From Squalus acanthias (Eukaryota), in the NCBI GenBank assembly GCA_030390025.1, contig CM059432.1, positions 73,968,001 to 74,032,000 on the forward strand: 64,000 nt of DNA, in the 5' to 3' direction. Every line of letters begins with the position of its first letter. The stretch's first letter is position 1. This document shows positions 63,085-64,000 of the stretch, piece after piece. The notes beneath the pieces were generated by a model, which worked only from the letters and a program-made list of their open reading frames with translations, had not been told where the DNA came from and did not search any database. The position numbers were made by a program, and so were the translations under genes.

Positions 63085-64000
63085 GATTTCTATAGGCATA
63101 TAAATAGTAAATGGGTAGTAAAAGGAGGGGTGGGGCTGATTAGGGACCAAAAAGGAGACCTACATATGGAGGCAGAGGGCATGGCTGAGGTACTAAATGA
63201 GTACTTTGCATTTGTCTTTACCAAGGAAGATGATGTTGCCAAAGTCATAGTGAAAGAGGAGGTAGTTGAGATACTGGATGGACTAAAAATTGATAGAGGA
63301 AGTACTAGAAAGGCTGGCTGTGCGGACCGGATGGGATGCATCCTTGAATACTAAGGGAAGTAAAGGTGGAAATTGCGGAGGTACTGGCCATAATCTTCCA
63401 ATCCTCCTTAGATGTGGGAGTGGTGCCTTAGGACTGGAGAATTGCAAATGTGTTAGCCTTATTCAAAAAAGGGTGAAAGGATAAACCCAGCAACTACAGG
63501 TCAGTCAGTTTAACCTCGATAGTGGGGAAGCTTTTAGAAACTATAATCCAGCACCATTAAGTTACTTGGACAAGTGTGGATTAATTAAGGAAAGCCAGCA
63601 TGGATTTGTTAAAGGCAAATAGTGTTTAACTAACTTGATTGAAGTTTTTGTTGAGGTAACAGAGGGTTGAGGGCAATGCAGTTGGTGGTGTGCATGGACT
63701 TCCAAAAAGCATTTAAGTGTCACATAATAGGCATGCCAGCAAAGTTGAAGCCCATGGAATAAAAGGGACAGTGGCAGCATGGAGATGAAATTGGCTAAGT
63801 GACAGGAAACAGTAGTGGTGAACGGTTGTTTATCAGACTGGAGGAAGGTACACAGTGGTGTTGCCCTAGGGATCGGTACTAGGACCACTGCTTTTCTTGA
63901 TATATATTAATGACTTGGGTGTACAGGGCACAATTTGCAGATGAGACAAAACTTGGAAATATAGTGAGGAGGATAGTGATAGACTTCAGGAGGACATAGA
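63085..64000 (+). mobile_element. CR1 ORF2 fragment (runs off the window)
   Basis: FYRHINSK..MAEVLNEYFAFVFTKED, NYRSVSLTS, SQHGFVKGK, DFQKAF. Confidence 0.88.

Overview
Eukaryotic (vertebrate) genomic DNA; the repeat families point to a cartilaginous fish (inference). The only host gene supported by the sequence is the 5' part of RAB2A on the + strand. It has a CpG-island promoter and coding exons 1-5 (16679-16724, 43690-43761, 60111-60178, 60819-60901, 62703-62795). All introns are GT-AG, 362 coding nt are present, and the gene continues beyond the window. Much of the remaining sequence is transposon-derived: a decayed two-gene PIF/Harbinger element plus further Myb/SANT remnants (1-6 kb, 10.8 kb); many CR1 LINEs, including a four-level nested stack at 50.3-58 kb with an SGNH-esterase ORF1; a second CR1/L2-group LINE family; Deu-type and V-type SINEs; and hAT, Tc1/mariner and Harbinger-type MITEs with readable TIRs/TSDs. 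There are also four Penelope-like (GIY-YIG) fragments. The most notable non-obvious signal is a minimal hammerhead-ribozyme motif in three of the Penelope-like tails, one of them just upstream of the RAB2A promoter. There are no prokaryotic features. TE boundaries without a stated TSD are approximate, and family names come from motif recognition, not database searches.
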